Below are positions 19,419-29,662 of a stretch of DNA of 64,000 bases, one piece after another. The DNA is from Gammaproteobacteria bacterium (GTDB lineage Bacteria; Pseudomonadota; Gammaproteobacteria; Eutrophobiales; Eutrophobiaceae): contig CBDCDS010000003.1 of NCBI GenBank assembly GCA_965215365.1, positions 1,632,001 to 1,696,000 of the forward strand, written 5' to 3'. The notes under the pieces are model-generated. The model saw only the letters and a program-made list of their open reading frames with translations. It was not told the DNA's origin and searched no databases. The position numbers and the translations under genes were made by a program. How positions within the stretch are numbered: the stretch's first letter is position 1; every line of letters starts with the position of its first letter.

Positions 19419-22141
19419 TGACCATCCATTTCTCCCTGAACGGCCGCGAGCTTGAGGCCGCGGCGCAAGAGACAATCCTTGAGGCGGCCCAGCGTCACGG
19501 CGTGGAAATCCCGCGCCTGTGCTACAAGGAAGGCTATCGCGCCGACGGCAACTGCCGCGCCTGCGTGGTGGAAATTGAGGGCGAGCGGGCGTTGGCGCCG
19601 TCCTGCTGCCGCAAACCGGCAGACGGCATGAAGGTCAGTAGCGACAATGCGCGCGCACTGCACTCGCAGAAAATGGTGCTGGAACTGTTGCTGGCCGACA
19701 TGCCGCAACAGGGCGCCTCCCCTTATCGCCTGGACTCGGAACTGGATTACTGGGCTGAAAAGTTGAACGTGTTTTCACCCCGTTTTGAGGCGCGGGAAGC
19801 GGTCGAACACGATCTGTCGCATCCTGCCATTGCCGTGAACCTCGATGCCTGCATCCAATGCACCCGGTGCGTGCGCGCCTGCCGGGAAGAGCAGGTGAAC
19901 GATGTCATCGGTTATGCCTGGCGCGGCAGTCACACCGAAATCGTGTTCGACATGGGCGACCTTATGGGCGAGAGCACCTGCGTGGCCTGCGGCGAGTGCG
20001 TGCAGGCCTGTCCCACCGGCGCCCTGATGCCGGCTCGCAACGTGGGGCTGGTGCAAGCGGATAAGCAGGTTGATTCTGTGTGCCCGTACTGCGGCGTCGG
20101 CTGTCTGCTCAAGTTCAATGTAAAAAATAACCATATCCAGTATATTGATGGCCGCGACGGCCCTTCAAATAATGGCCGCTTGTGTGTCAAAGGGCGTTAC
20201 GGTTTTGACTATATACACCATCCGGGCCGCCTGACCAGACCATTGATCCGCAAACCAGACACGCCCAAGACTACAGAGATTATCCCGGCGCAGGCGCTGC
20301 ACCGTTATTTTCGCGAAGCCACCTGGGAAGAGGCGTTGGAACTGGCAGCCTCCGGCCTGCGCGCCATCCGGGATACACAGGGCTCCCAGGCTCTGGCCGG
20401 GTTCGGCTGCGCCAAGGGCAGTAACGAGGAAGCCTACCTGTTCCAGAAACTGGTGCGCACCGGCTTCGGCACCAATAACGTGGACCATTGCACCCGCCTG
20501 TGTCACGCCTCCTCGGTGGCCGCGCTGCTGGAGACCATCGGCTCGGGCGCGGTGTCCAACCAGGTGGCGGACGGCACACAGGCAGAGGTTATCATCGTGA
20601 TCGGCGCCCGGCCCAACGATAACCATCCGGTAGCAGCCACGTTTATGAAAAACGCGGCGATGAGCGGCAGCAAACTGATCGTGATAGAGCCGTACAGTTC
20701 TGAGCTGTACCTGCATGCCCACGAGTTTCTGCAACTGCGCCCGGGTACGGATGTGCTGCTTTTGAATGGCATGATGCATACGATAATCAGTGAGGGGCTG
20801 TACGATCAGACCTTTATTGATGCTCACACCGATGGTTTTGAGGCGTTGCGGGAAACCGTGCAGGCATATAGCCCGGAGCAGGTATCGCCGCTATGTGGCA
20901 TCGCCGCGTCAACCATCCGGGAGACGGCGCGGCTGTACGCAACGGCGCAATCGGCCATCATTTTCTGGGGCATGGGCATTTCCCAGCATGTGCACGGGAC
21001 GGATAACGCCCGCTGCCTGATCTCGCTGGCGTTGATGACCGGGCAGATCGGCCGGCCCGGTACCGGCCTGCACCCGTTGCGCGGCCAGAACAATGTGCAA
21101 GGCGCCTCCGACATGGGGCTTATCCCCATGGTGTACCCGGACTACCAATCTGTGCAAGACCCCAACACCCGGCGCCGGTTCGAGGAATTCTGGGGCGCGG
21201 TGCTGGATCCCAAGCCTGGCAAGACCGTAGTCGAGATTATGCACAGCGTCCATGAGGGAGAAATAAACGGCATGTACATCATGGGCGAGAACCCGGCGAT
21301 GTCGGACCCCAACCTGCACCACGCCAGAGACGCGCTCACCCGGCTGCAGCAGCTCGTGGTGCAAGACATATTCTTCACGGAAACCTGTGGTTTTGCCGAT
21401 GTCATCCTGCCGGCGTCGGCGTTCCCGGAGAAGACCGGCACCTTCACCAATACTGATCGCCGGGTGCAACTGGGCCGTCAGGCAGTCACCCCGCCCGGCG
21501 CTGCGCGCCAGGACTTGTGGATTATCCAGGAACTGGCCCGGCGTCTCGGCCTGGACTGGGACTACCCGGACGCAGAGGCGGTATTCGAGGAAATCAGACA
21601 GGCTGTACCCAGCATGGCCGGCATGACCTGGCCTCGCCTGGAACAGGAGGACTCATTGACCTACCCCCTGCTTAAGGAAGACGACCCCGGTGAACCGGTG
21701 ATATTCAAGGGCGGCGTGTTCCCCACGGCCGACGGCAGGGGACGTTTTATTGCAGCCGATTATATCGAAGCGGCAGAATTGCCCGATGACGACTATCCCT
21801 TCACCTTCATGACCGGCCGCCAACTGGAACACTGGCATACCGGCACCATGACGCGCCACTCCCGGGTCTTGAACACCATCGAACCCTGGCCCTACATCCT
21901 GATCAACCCGCAGGATTTGCAAGCGCTCGGGATGGAGTCAGGCGACCTGCTCACCATCGAATCCCGCCGCGGCGCCCTGTCGGTAGCCACCCGCGTCGAC
22001 GAAGGCATGCAAGCAGGCGTACTGATGATGCCGTTCACCTACCACGAAGCCGCCGCCAACCTCCTCACCAACGACGCCCTGGACCCCTTCGGCAAGATCC
22101 CGGAATTCAAGTTCTGCGCGATACGGGTGAGCAAGCATTAG
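19418..22141 (+). CDS. fdhF: Formate dehydrogenase alpha subunit (Mo/W-bisPGD, Cys-type)
   Basis: Starts at ATG 19418, overlapping the beta stop (TAATG). NuoG-like Fe-S N-terminus, CPYCGVGC, DHCTRLCHASS, PLRGQNNVQG and KIPEFKFCA. Confidence 0.94.
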   Translation: MTIHFSLNGRELEAAAQETILEAAQRHGVEIPRLCYKEGYRADGNCRACVVEIEGERALAPSCCRKPADGMKVSSDNARALHSQKMVLELLLADMPQQGASPYRLDSELDYWAEKLNVFSPRFEAREAVEHDLSHPAIAVNLDACIQCTRCVRACREEQVNDVIGYAWRGSHTEIVFDMGDLMGESTCVACGECVQACPTGALMPARNVGLVQADKQVDSVCPYCGVGCLLKFNVKNNHIQYIDGRDGPSNNGRLCVKGRYGFDYIHHPGRLTRPLIRKPDTPKTTEIIPAQALHRYFREATWEEALELAASGLRAIRDTQGSQALAGFGCAKGSNEEAYLFQKLVRTGFGTNNVDHCTRLCHASSVAALLETIGSGAVSNQVADGTQAEVIIVIGARPNDNHPVAATFMKNAAMSGSKLIVIEPYSSELYLHAHEFLQLRPGTDVLLLNGMMHTIISEGLYDQTFIDAHTDGFEALRETVQAYSPEQVSPLCGIAASTIRETARLYATAQSAIIFWGMGISQHVHGTDNARCLISLALMTGQIGRPGTGLHPLRGQNNVQGASDMGLIPMVYPDYQSVQDPNTRRRFEEFWGAVLDPKPGKTVVEIMHSVHEGEINGMYIMGENPAMSDPNLHHARDALTRLQQLVVQDIFFTETCGFADVILPASAFPEKTGTFTNTDRRVQLGRQAVTPPGAARQDLWIIQELARRLGLDWDYPDAEAVFEEIRQAVPSMAGMTWPRLEQEDSLTYPLLKEDDPGEPVIFKGGVFPTADGRGRFIAADYIEAAELPDDDYPFTFMTGRQLEHWHTGTMTRHSRVLNTIEPWPYILINPQDLQALGMESGDLLTIESRRGALSVATRVDEGMQAGVLMMPFTYHEAAANLLTNDALDPFGKIPEFKFCAIRVSKH

Positions 22142-22165
22142 CCCAAGCGCAAATCTCAACCAGGA

Positions 22166-23377
22166 TCAGGAACTCTTAAAGCAGACTCTCTCTATCACCG
22201 TCGAGCCCACGCTATCTCCCCATACGTTCACGGTGGTTCTGAGCCGATCCAGGAACCAGTCCACAGCCAGCAACAAGCCGATGCCTTCCATGGGCAGGCC
22301 CACCGCGGTGAGCACGATGACCATGGTGACCAGGCCGGCCTCAGGGATGCCGGCGGCGCCGATGGCCGCCAGGGTGGCGGTGATGAAAATGACGACCTGG
22401 TCCATGGGCGCCATGTGTATGCCATAGGCCTGGGCAATAAACATCACGGCTACTGCCTCATACAGGGCGGTGCCGTCCATATTTACCGTGGAGCCCAGCG
22501 GTAGCACGAATTTGGCCGCGCGCTTGTCCACGCCGGCTTCCTGCGCACACTCCAGGGTCAGCGGCAGGGTGGCCGAGGAACTGGCGGTGCCGAACGCGGT
22601 AATCAAGGCTTTGGACATGGTGGCAATGAACTGTCGGCCACGCCGGCTGACGACAATGAGGATGGTCATCAGCACGAAAAAATGCAGGGTCAGACCGACG
22701 CCGACCGTCAACATGTATTTGCCCACACCCAGGATTTCCTGCCAGAACTGTTCACCGCCGCCGCTGCTTCCGAGCTTTGATGAGACCAGGGCAAAGATGC
22801 CGATGGGAGCAAAGTACATGATCCAGACGACGATTTTTATCATCACGTCGTTCATGGCCTCGAAAAAAGCCACCAGCGGCTTCCCGCGTTCCCCGAGCGT
22901 GGTCAGGGCGGCGGCAAACAGGATGGCAAACACGATCACTTCCAGCAGCTTGGTTTCGGCTGCCGAGGCCACGATATTGTCGCCAATCAGCGAGCGGATG
23001 ATGTCAATAAAGCCGGTGTCCTCCTTGCCGCTGACCCGGTCGGGAACCACCTGGCTCACCTCGCTGATGCCGGCGCCGGGCTGGATGATATTCACGATAA
23101 TCAGGCCCAGCAGCACGGCGATGGCAGTGGTGCAGAAATAATACAGCACGGTGAAGCCACCGAGCCGTTTCAAGCCGCCGGAAGCCCCGCCTAAGGAGGC
23201 AATGCCACTGATAACGGCGGCGACAATGAGCGGGATGATGACCATTTTCAGGGCGTCCAGGAACAACTCTCCCACCCAGGCAATGGCAAGCATTGATTGA
23301 CCGAAAAACCAGCCGCAGAAGATGCCGGAAATGGCTGCGACCAGCAGCGCCCATAACAAATGGTTACTATTGTGCAT
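22166..23377 (-). CDS. Dicarboxylate/amino acid:cation symporter (DAACS)
   Basis: AFGTASSSATLP, VNMDGTALYE, GAAGIP and DWFLDRLRTTVNVWGD. Confidence 0.95.
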   Translation of the reverse strand: MHNSNHLLWALLVAAISGIFCGWFFGQSMLAIAWVGELFLDALKMVIIPLIVAAVISGIASLGGASGGLKRLGGFTVLYYFCTTAIAVLLGLIIVNIIQPGAGISEVSQVVPDRVSGKEDTGFIDIIRSLIGDNIVASAAETKLLEVIVFAILFAAALTTLGERGKPLVAFFEAMNDVMIKIVVWIMYFAPIGIFALVSSKLGSSGGGEQFWQEILGVGKYMLTVGVGLTLHFFVLMTILIVVSRRGRQFIATMSKALITAFGTASSSATLPLTLECAQEAGVDKRAAKFVLPLGSTVNMDGTALYEAVAVMFIAQAYGIHMAPMDQVVIFITATLAAIGAAGIPEAGLVTMVIVLTAVGLPMEGIGLLLAVDWFLDRLRTTVNVWGDSVGSTVIERVCFKSS

Positions 23378-23385
23378 AGCGCAGT

Positions 23386-24171
23386 TTACTCCGTGCCTTC
23401 ACTGCCTGCGGCGTTATAACCACAATCAACATAGGTAATCTCGCCGGTGACGGCGGAGGCATAATCAGAACACAAGAACGCGCCCACATTACCGACTTCT
23501 TCAATGGTAACATTACGGCGCAGCGGGGATACTTTTTCCACGTGACTAAGAAACCCGCGCAGACCTTTGATGCCGGAGGCGGCTAGGGTGCGGATAGGTC
23601 CGGCCGAGATGGCATTCACGCGAATGCCCTCCGGCCCCAGGTCGGCGGCCATGTAACGTACATTGGCCTCCAGGCTGGCCTTGGCAATGCCCATCACATT
23701 GTAATTAGGCATGGCCCGCACCGAGCCGATATAGGTAAGGGTGAGCATGGCGCCATTGCCGCCCTGCATCAACGGCCGCGCCGCCTTGCCCAGCGCCGCG
23801 AAACTGTAGGCGCTGATGTCCTGCGCCTGCAAGAACCCGGCGCGGGTAATGCTGTTCAGGTAATCACCCTCCAGCAGCGCCCGGTCGGCGAATGCAACCG
23901 AATGCACCAGTATATCCAGGCGCTCCCAGCGCTCACCGAGGCGGGCAAACATGCCCTCAATAGCGCCCTCCACAGCCACATCACAAGGCAGGGCAATATC
24001 CGAGCCGGTCTGCCCGGCAAACTTCTCCACCCGCCCTTGCAGCTTGTCATTCTGGTAGGTAAACGCCAGCTCCGCCCCTTCCCGCTGCATCGCCTGCGCA
24101 ATCCCCCAGGCAATCGAACGATTGCTGGCAACCCCAACAATCAGCGCCCGCTTGCCGGTCAGCAAACCCAT
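23386..24171 (-). CDS. fabI: Enoyl-ACP reductase FabI
   Basis: [27 protein letters not shown] and [13 protein letters not shown]. Confidence 0.97.
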   Translation of the reverse strand: MGLLTGKRALIVGVASNRSIAWGIAQAMQREGAELAFTYQNDKLQGRVEKFAGQTGSDIALPCDVAVEGAIEGMFARLGERWERLDILVHSVAFADRALLEGDYLNSITRAGFLQAQDISAYSFAALGKAARPLMQGGNGAMLTLTYIGSVRAMPNYNVMGIAKASLEANVRYMAADLGPEGIRVNAISAGPIRTLAASGIKGLRGFLSHVEKVSPLRRNVTIEEVGNVGAFLCSDYASAVTGEITYVDCGYNAAGSEGTE

Positions 24172-24429
24172 GATTGAACCTTGTTCATCGTTACATTATG
24201 CCATGCGGGGCAGGAGTTGTACATTGGAGCCGACTATTATTTCTGACTATTATTTCCTGACATCAACTTCACGTTTTTGTAAAATGGTATAACCCGGTTG
24301 GCATCCGTAGCTTCGGCTTGCCCGATTGAATGATGCGGAATCACGAAAGTATTAGTGCCACAAAAGAGCAGGAAGGTACTTAAATAGGGAGCGGAGGGAA
24401 AAATGGCTGAAATGGCGTCATTGCCAGGT

Positions 24430-24708
24430 CAAAAAGTTGTAGTCGGTGTCGATAAACCAGGCGGCCTTTTTTCCCGACTGTATTCATCTGGTAAAGAGTT
24501 TGCTCCCCGGGGTGCGCACCGCGTTGACGGTCTGCCAGGCAATCAGCATCGCCATTACTGTTGTCTTACCGGCGCCGGTGGCCATTTTCAGCGCCAGTCG
24601 CAGCAGTTCCGGGTTGGCTTGTTCGTTCGCGTTCTCTATATGTGTCCAGAGGTGTTTGTGCCGTTTCTGTCGGCGCGCGACCTCGGTCAACCAGATCAGG
24701 GTTTCCAT
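24430..24708 (-). pseudogene. Relic of a type III-like restriction-modification locus (Res helicase fragment joined to a possible Mod fragment)
   Basis: ETLIWLTEVA...RLALKMATGAGKTTVMAMLIAWQTVNA is a ResIII motif I region, with a stop after about 74 aa. Immediately after, AAWFIDTDYNF resembles a motif I recall from cognate methyltransferases. Confidence 0.7.
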
Positions 24709-25557
24709 TTACTTCTCAGCCAACGCATCGCGCAACCCGTCGCCGAGGAAGTTCAGTGAGAACAGGGTCAGCGCCAGCAGAGTGGCGGGGAACAGCAGGA
24801 GCCAGGGGTATTCTTCCATGGTTTCCACGCCGTAGGCGATGAGCAGGCCCCAGGAGCTCTGGGGGGGTTGAATGCCTAAGCCTAAGAAGCTGAGGAAGGA
24901 TTCCAGCAGGATCACATTGGGTACGGTCAGGGTGGCGTAAACGATCACGGGGCCGGCGATGTTGGGCAGTACGTGTTTGACGATAATGCGCCGGCGCGAC
25001 GCGCCCAGGCTCACCGCCGCTTCGATGTAATCCTGCTGTTTGATATGCAACACCTGGCCGCGCACGATACGCGCCATGGTCAGCCATTCCACTGCGCCGA
25101 TGGCGAGAAATAACAGGATGATATTGTTGCCGAATACTACCATCAGCAGAATGATGAAGATGGTGAAGGGCAGGGCATAGAGGATATCGACCGTGCGCAT
25201 CATCAGTGCGTCCGTGCGCCCGCCCAGGTAACCGGCGAGCGCACCCCAGGTCACGCCGATGAGCAACGCCACGGCGGTGGCGATGAAGCCGACCGCCAAC
25301 GACACGCGGCTGCCGTAGAGCATCCGGGTCAGCAGGTCGCGCCCGAACAGGTCGGTGCCCAGCCAGTGTGCAGCCGAGGGTGCGCTCGGCCCCAGCACCA
25401 GATTCTGGGCAGAGTAGGAGTACGGGCTGAGCCAGGGCGCCAGCAGCGCCAGTAGTGCCAGGGCCGTCAACATGCACAGGCCGAACATAGCCACCTTGTT
25501 GCGTTGCAGCCGCCGCCAGGCATTGCGGCGCGGCGATATGCTGTGTGGCTCAGCCAT
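24709..25557 (-). CDS. oppC: Oligopeptide ABC transporter permease OppC
   Basis: HWLGTDLFGRDL, EAA loop YIEAAVSLGAS, ESFLSFLGLG and LNFLGDGLRDAL. Confidence 0.92.
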   Translation of the reverse strand: MAEPHSISPRRNAWRRLQRNKVAMFGLCMLTALALLALLAPWLSPYSYSAQNLVLGPSAPSAAHWLGTDLFGRDLLTRMLYGSRVSLAVGFIATAVALLIGVTWGALAGYLGGRTDALMMRTVDILYALPFTIFIILLMVVFGNNIILLFLAIGAVEWLTMARIVRGQVLHIKQQDYIEAAVSLGASRRRIIVKHVLPNIAGPVIVYATLTVPNVILLESFLSFLGLGIQPPQSSWGLLIAYGVETMEEYPWLLLFPATLLALTLFSLNFLGDGLRDALAEK

Positions 25558-25561
25558 ATAC

Positions 25562-25714
25562 AGGGCACCTCTAAAAATTAGAGGTGCCCGTGCAGCATAA
25601 GGATATGCTGCTATTTTTAAGCACGTAAGTGCTTGAAAATGAAGGAAACGAAAAATCGCATTTTTTCGTTTCCGTCTCTAAAAATGTCATGGAGGGCATT
25701 TTTAGAGGTGACCT
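25562..25714. repeat. Repeat family A, full ~150-bp multi-hairpin copy
   Basis: AGGGCACCTCTA...TAGAGGTGACCT ends enclosing stacked hairpins; contains the oppB stop codon. Confidence 0.88.
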
Positions 25715-26637
25715 ACAGTCTCGGCGCGCACCTTGGGGTCCAGCCAGGCCAGCAGCACATCGGCAACGATGTTGAACGCGATGATCAAACCGGCAAACAA
25801 CAAGGTGGTGCCCATGATCAAGGTATAATCCCGGTTGAACGCACCCTGCACAAAGTAGCGCCCTAGGCCGGGGATCTGGAAAATGGTCTCCACCACGAAC
25901 GAACCGCTTAATAACCCGGCCAGCGCCGGCCCCAGGAACGACACCACCGGCAACAACCCCACGCGCAGGGCATGGCGGGTAATGATCACGGCTTCCGGCA
26001 GGCCCTTGGCGCGGGCACTGCGAATGAAGTCCCGGGACAGAGTTTCCAGCATACCACCGCGGCTCAGGCGGGCGATATAAGCGGCATACACCGACCCCAA
26101 GGTAACAGACGGCAGGATCTTGTCGCCGGGGATCAGCTCCCAGCCGGCCACCGGCAACCACTCCAGCCAGATGCCAAACACCAGTGCCAGCAGCGGCCCC
26201 AGCACGAATGCGGGCAGGCAGATACCCACCGTGGCAAATGTCATCGGCAGGTAGTCCTGCCAGGTATTAGGCCGCAGGGCCGCGCACACGCCGCTGCCGA
26301 TGCCGATCAGCAGGGCGAACAGCAAGGCGTAACAGCCCAGTTCCAGCGTGACCGGAAAGCCGGCTGCGATAATCTCATTCACCGTCCGCCCCGGATACCG
26401 GAACGACGGCCCCAGGTCGCCGCGCAGGGCGTGACTGAGGTAGTCGTAAAACTGCACGTGAATGGGCTGGTCCAGGTTGTAACGCTCATTTAAGCGCTCG
26501 AGAATCTCTGCCGGCACCGCCTTCTCCGCGGCAAACGGCCCGCCGGGCGCGGCATGGATGAGCAGGAAGGTGATGAAGCTGACGGCAAACAAGACCGGTA
26601 CAGCCTGCAACAAACGCCTGAGAATGAATCCGATCAT
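25702..26637 (-). CDS. oppB: Oligopeptide ABC transporter permease OppB
   Basis: APGGPF, GDLGPSF, FIRSARAKGL, GSFVVETIFQIPGLG and WLDPKV. Confidence 0.93.
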   Translation of the reverse strand: MIGFILRRLLQAVPVLFAVSFITFLLIHAAPGGPFAAEKAVPAEILERLNERYNLDQPIHVQFYDYLSHALRGDLGPSFRYPGRTVNEIIAAGFPVTLELGCYALLFALLIGIGSGVCAALRPNTWQDYLPMTFATVGICLPAFVLGPLLALVFGIWLEWLPVAGWELIPGDKILPSVTLGSVYAAYIARLSRGGMLETLSRDFIRSARAKGLPEAVIITRHALRVGLLPVVSFLGPALAGLLSGSFVVETIFQIPGLGRYFVQGAFNRDYTLIMGTTLLFAGLIIAFNIVADVLLAWLDPKVRAETVGHL

Positions 26638-26643
26638 ATAACT

Positions 26644-26899
26644 TATCCGCAGATATTTATCCGCAGATGACGCAGATTAACGCAGATATTTTTTGGGTTA
26701 TTCCTGACATAAGGGCGCCTCTATTACACGAGGCACCCGTGCAGCACAGGGATGTGCTGCCATTTTTAATCACGTAAGTGATTGAAAATGAAGGAAATGA
26801 AAAATCACACTTTTTCATTTCCGTCTCTACAAATGCCACGGATGGCATTTGTAGAGGTTACCATAAAAAAATCTGCGTTAATCTGTGTCATCTGTGGAT
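26644..26899. repeat. Repeat family C inverted arms enclosing a family A copy
   Basis: ATCCGCAGATGACGCAGATTAACGCAGAT (to 26687) pairs with ATCTGCGTTAATCTGTGTCATCTGTGGAT (26871-26899). Confidence 0.8.
26711..26862. repeat. Repeat family A, full copy
   Basis: Collinear with 25562-25714, with covarying stem substitutions. Confidence 0.88.
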
Positions 26900-28500
26900 T
26901 TAACCAATGAAATGTACTTGTAAGGATGAATATCCAGCAGGTTCGGGTGCCAGCCGCGCACATCCGGCGACACCAGGGCCTTGTTGACGTAGATGTAGAT
27001 GGGCATGATGGGCAGTTCTGCCATGAGGATGTTTTCGGCCTCCCGGAACAACGCGAAGCGATGTTCCTGCTCCGTTGTCTGTGCGGCCCGGGCGAGCAGT
27101 GCGTCGTAGCGCGGGTGGGACCAGCCGGTATCGTTGTTGCCGCTGTGTGAAGTGTACATGTCGAGGAAGGTGTTGGGGTCCAGGTAATCGCCGATCCAGC
27201 CGGCGCGCGCGATCTGGTAATCACGACTGTCGCGCTTATCCAGATAGACCTTCCAGTCCTGGTTGACCAGTTTGACGTCGATATTCAGGTTGGTCTTCCA
27301 CATCTGTTGCACCGCAATGGCGATGCGGCGGTGCCCTTCCGAGGTGTTGTACATCAGTTCCAGCGACGGGAAACCGGCACCATCCGGATAACCGGCCGCG
27401 GCCAGCAGCGTCTGTGCCTGTGGCACATCGTAGCGTAATACAGGTTCGGCTGTATAGCCGTTCACTTCCGGTGGGGTGTAACTGTAGGCCGGCAACTCGC
27501 CGGCCATGGTAATTTTATCTGCTATCTGTTGCCGGTCGAGGGCCAGACTCAACGCCTGCCTGACTTGCACCTGGTGCAGCGGCGCGGCAGTGGTGTTGAA
27601 CAGGTAGTAATAGGTGGAGAAAAAGGGATGCAGTTTCAGTACCTCCGGTCGCTCGCGGCGATAGCGTGCGATCTTGTCGGTGGGTATGGTGCCGGTGATG
27701 TGCAACTGCCCGGCGCGGAACATGCGCTCCTCGGTAGTGGCGTTCTGCACCGGATAGAATACGATCCCGTTCAGTCGCACTGTGTCGGCATCCCAGTAGT
27801 GTTCATTTTTTTCCACCACGATACGACGGTTCAGTGTCCATTCCTTGAGTGTGAACGGGCCGTTGCCGACGAAATTACCCGGACGCGTCCAGCGCGTGCC
27901 GCGCGCATCGGCGGACCCAAAGGCTTCGATGGTGGCCTGGTGCACCGGGTAATAGCTCATGTGTGTGAGCAGCTGCGGAAAAAACGGTGTGGGGTTGTCC
28001 AGTTTGACTTCCAAGGTCAGGTCGTCCAAAGCCTGCACGCCTACCTCGGAGAAATCCGTGAGCTCGCCGCGGTGGAAGGCTTCGGCATTACTGAGGTAGT
28101 ACAGCATGTAGGCATAATTATTGCCCAGCGCCGGCAGCAGCGCCCGGCGCCAGGCATAGACAAAGTCCGCGGCCGTGACCGGGTCACCATTGGACCAGCG
28201 CGCCTGTTCCCGCAGGTGGAAACGGTAAGTCCTGCCATCCTCGCTCACCTGCCAGTCGCGAGCCACGCCGGGCATGATGCGCAGGTGCTGCGGGTGCAGC
28301 GCCAGCAGCCCTTCCAGCAGGGCCAGACACAGCTTGTGCTCAATATGCCCGGTAACAATATGCGGGTCCAGTTCCTGCGGCTCGTCACCGTTGCCGATAT
28401 GCAGGATGCCCTGACGCGTGCCGCGCTCAACGTTGGTTTCGTAATCAAAGCTGCACGAGGCCAGCAGCAGGGCCGCTGCTGCAACTACGGAACGCAACAC
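26878..28500 (-). CDS. oppA: Oligopeptide ABC transporter substrate-binding lipoprotein OppA
   Basis: Lipobox LASC; EPQELDP, ARWSNGDPVTAADFVYAWRR, NGPFTL and RAGWIGDYLDP. Confidence 0.92.
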   Translation of the reverse strand: MLRSVVAAAALLLASCSFDYETNVERGTRQGILHIGNGDEPQELDPHIVTGHIEHKLCLALLEGLLALHPQHLRIMPGVARDWQVSEDGRTYRFHLREQARWSNGDPVTAADFVYAWRRALLPALGNNYAYMLYYLSNAEAFHRGELTDFSEVGVQALDDLTLEVKLDNPTPFFPQLLTHMSYYPVHQATIEAFGSADARGTRWTRPGNFVGNGPFTLKEWTLNRRIVVEKNEHYWDADTVRLNGIVFYPVQNATTEERMFRAGQLHITGTIPTDKIARYRRERPEVLKLHPFFSTYYYLFNTTAAPLHQVQVRQALSLALDRQQIADKITMAGELPAYSYTPPEVNGYTAEPVLRYDVPQAQTLLAAAGYPDGAGFPSLELMYNTSEGHRRIAIAVQQMWKTNLNIDVKLVNQDWKVYLDKRDSRDYQIARAGWIGDYLDPNTFLDMYTSHSGNNDTGWSHPRYDALLARAAQTTEQEHRFALFREAENILMAELPIMPIYIYVNKALVSPDVRGWHPNLLDIHPYKYISLVKSTDDTD

Positions 28501-28514
28501 GTCAGGGACGCGCT

Positions 28515-28628
28515 TCAGTTTTTTTTATTTTGCTTGTGCTGATGCCAAAGGATTCCAGCCGTTGCCAACATGAAAATGATCGACAATGCTGAAAAGAACA
28601 TCAGGGGTGTGACGATAATTGATGTCAT
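28515..28628 (-). CDS. 37-aa single-TM peptide with basic tail
   Basis: MTSIIVTPLMFFSALSIIFMLATAGILWHQHKQNKKN; ATG overlaps the upstream stop (TAATG). Confidence 0.5.
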   Translation of the reverse strand: MTSIIVTPLMFFSALSIIFMLATAGILWHQHKQNKKN

Positions 28629-28804
28629 TATTTTTCCCTCAAAATCAGAAAGCCTGTTACTGCAGCAAACACAGAGGCGTTTATGCTTACCAGTAAAACA
28701 GTCAGCCCAGACAGATTTTGTATCTCCAAAAGTACGGTTAACACCACTCCGGCAAGTATCAGTTTGGATATATCCAACAAATAATCCGCAATTTTTTCCG
28801 TCAT
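28628..28804 (-). CDS. Small two-TM membrane protein (DUF6722-like)
   Basis: GGAG RBS; MTEKIADYLLDISKLILAGVVL...GFLILREK; AT-rich relative to flanks. Confidence 0.6.
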   Translation of the reverse strand: MTEKIADYLLDISKLILAGVVLTVLLEIQNLSGLTVLLVSINASVFAAVTGFLILREK

Positions 28805-28952
28805 TAAAATCTCCATTAACTCAAAGGTCCGAGTATTCCACGTATCCACTACAACTCGCATTGCGTAACGGTAGCAGGCCTGGCGCATTCAGTCAATATC
28901 GATAGTGTTAACACGCCCTAGTTTGCTGCCCGGTGCTGCGGCTTGTGTGCGG

Positions 28953-29578
28953 TTACTGGATGGTACCGTCGGTCTGCCCCCCCTCGTTGACCGTCGCGCA
29001 GCCCTTGCCGCCCATGAACAGGAAGTAGGCGCTGCCAGCGTGCGTCCATTGGGCGTTTTCAGGCGGCGTGAACACCGGCACCACCAGCTCGCCGGGGCCC
29101 TGGTTGATATTGGCGGGATTGCGGTTGGTCCAGATGTGGGCGCCAGCCTTGGGCCGCACCTCGATGAGGTTCTCACCGAGCGCGCCGCCGGAAAAATTGA
29201 TGGCTCTTATTCCACCATCCGGGTTTCTCCAGCGGTTTCCGCCTATAGCCTGAGTCCGCCACTCCCAGTCGCCGAAAGTGGAGTTGAAATCATTCTGTGA
29301 GCGAATGAGACCGATGTTGAGGTTGAAGCTTCGCCGCGTCACATTGGGGTTGTTGGACGAGAGGGTCAGCACCATGCGTCCGGGCGTGGCGTGGTCGCCG
29401 CAGCCGTCTACGACTTGAGAGACCGATGCAAGCGAGACGGTGCAGATGTTAGAGTTGCATGGGGGGGGCGTTTGCGCCTGCACGGTTCCTGCAAGCAGCC
29501 CGAAGCACGTCATTGCGGTCGCCGCGAGGGCCGTCAGTCTAGCGGGGGGGGGGGGGGTAAAAGGGTAAATAGTTTCAT
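28953..29578 (-). CDS. Secreted hypothetical protein, frameshifted at a C14 tract in the signal peptide
   Basis: AGGAG RBS and ATG at 29578. MKLFTLL followed by C14 (G run 29544-29557) hits TGA; C12 or C15 gives ...PPPP-ARLTALAATAMTCFGLLAGTVQA/QTPPPCNSNIC. Confidence 0.75.
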
Positions 29579-29662
29579 TATCTCTCTCCTGATGATTGGG
29601 TGGGGTACCTCAATGTCGAGTCCTACCACAATGGCCAGAGAAAGTCAACACTTTTCGATCTT

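Noticed and set aside
20480-20520. Selenocysteine in formate dehydrogenase
   Set aside because: The active-site motif is RLCH with a Cys codon and there is no in-frame TGA.
28901-28921. GATAGTGTTAACACGCCCTAG as an IS end
   Set aside because: It resembles a TIR fragment but is single-copy here, with no partner end or transposase.
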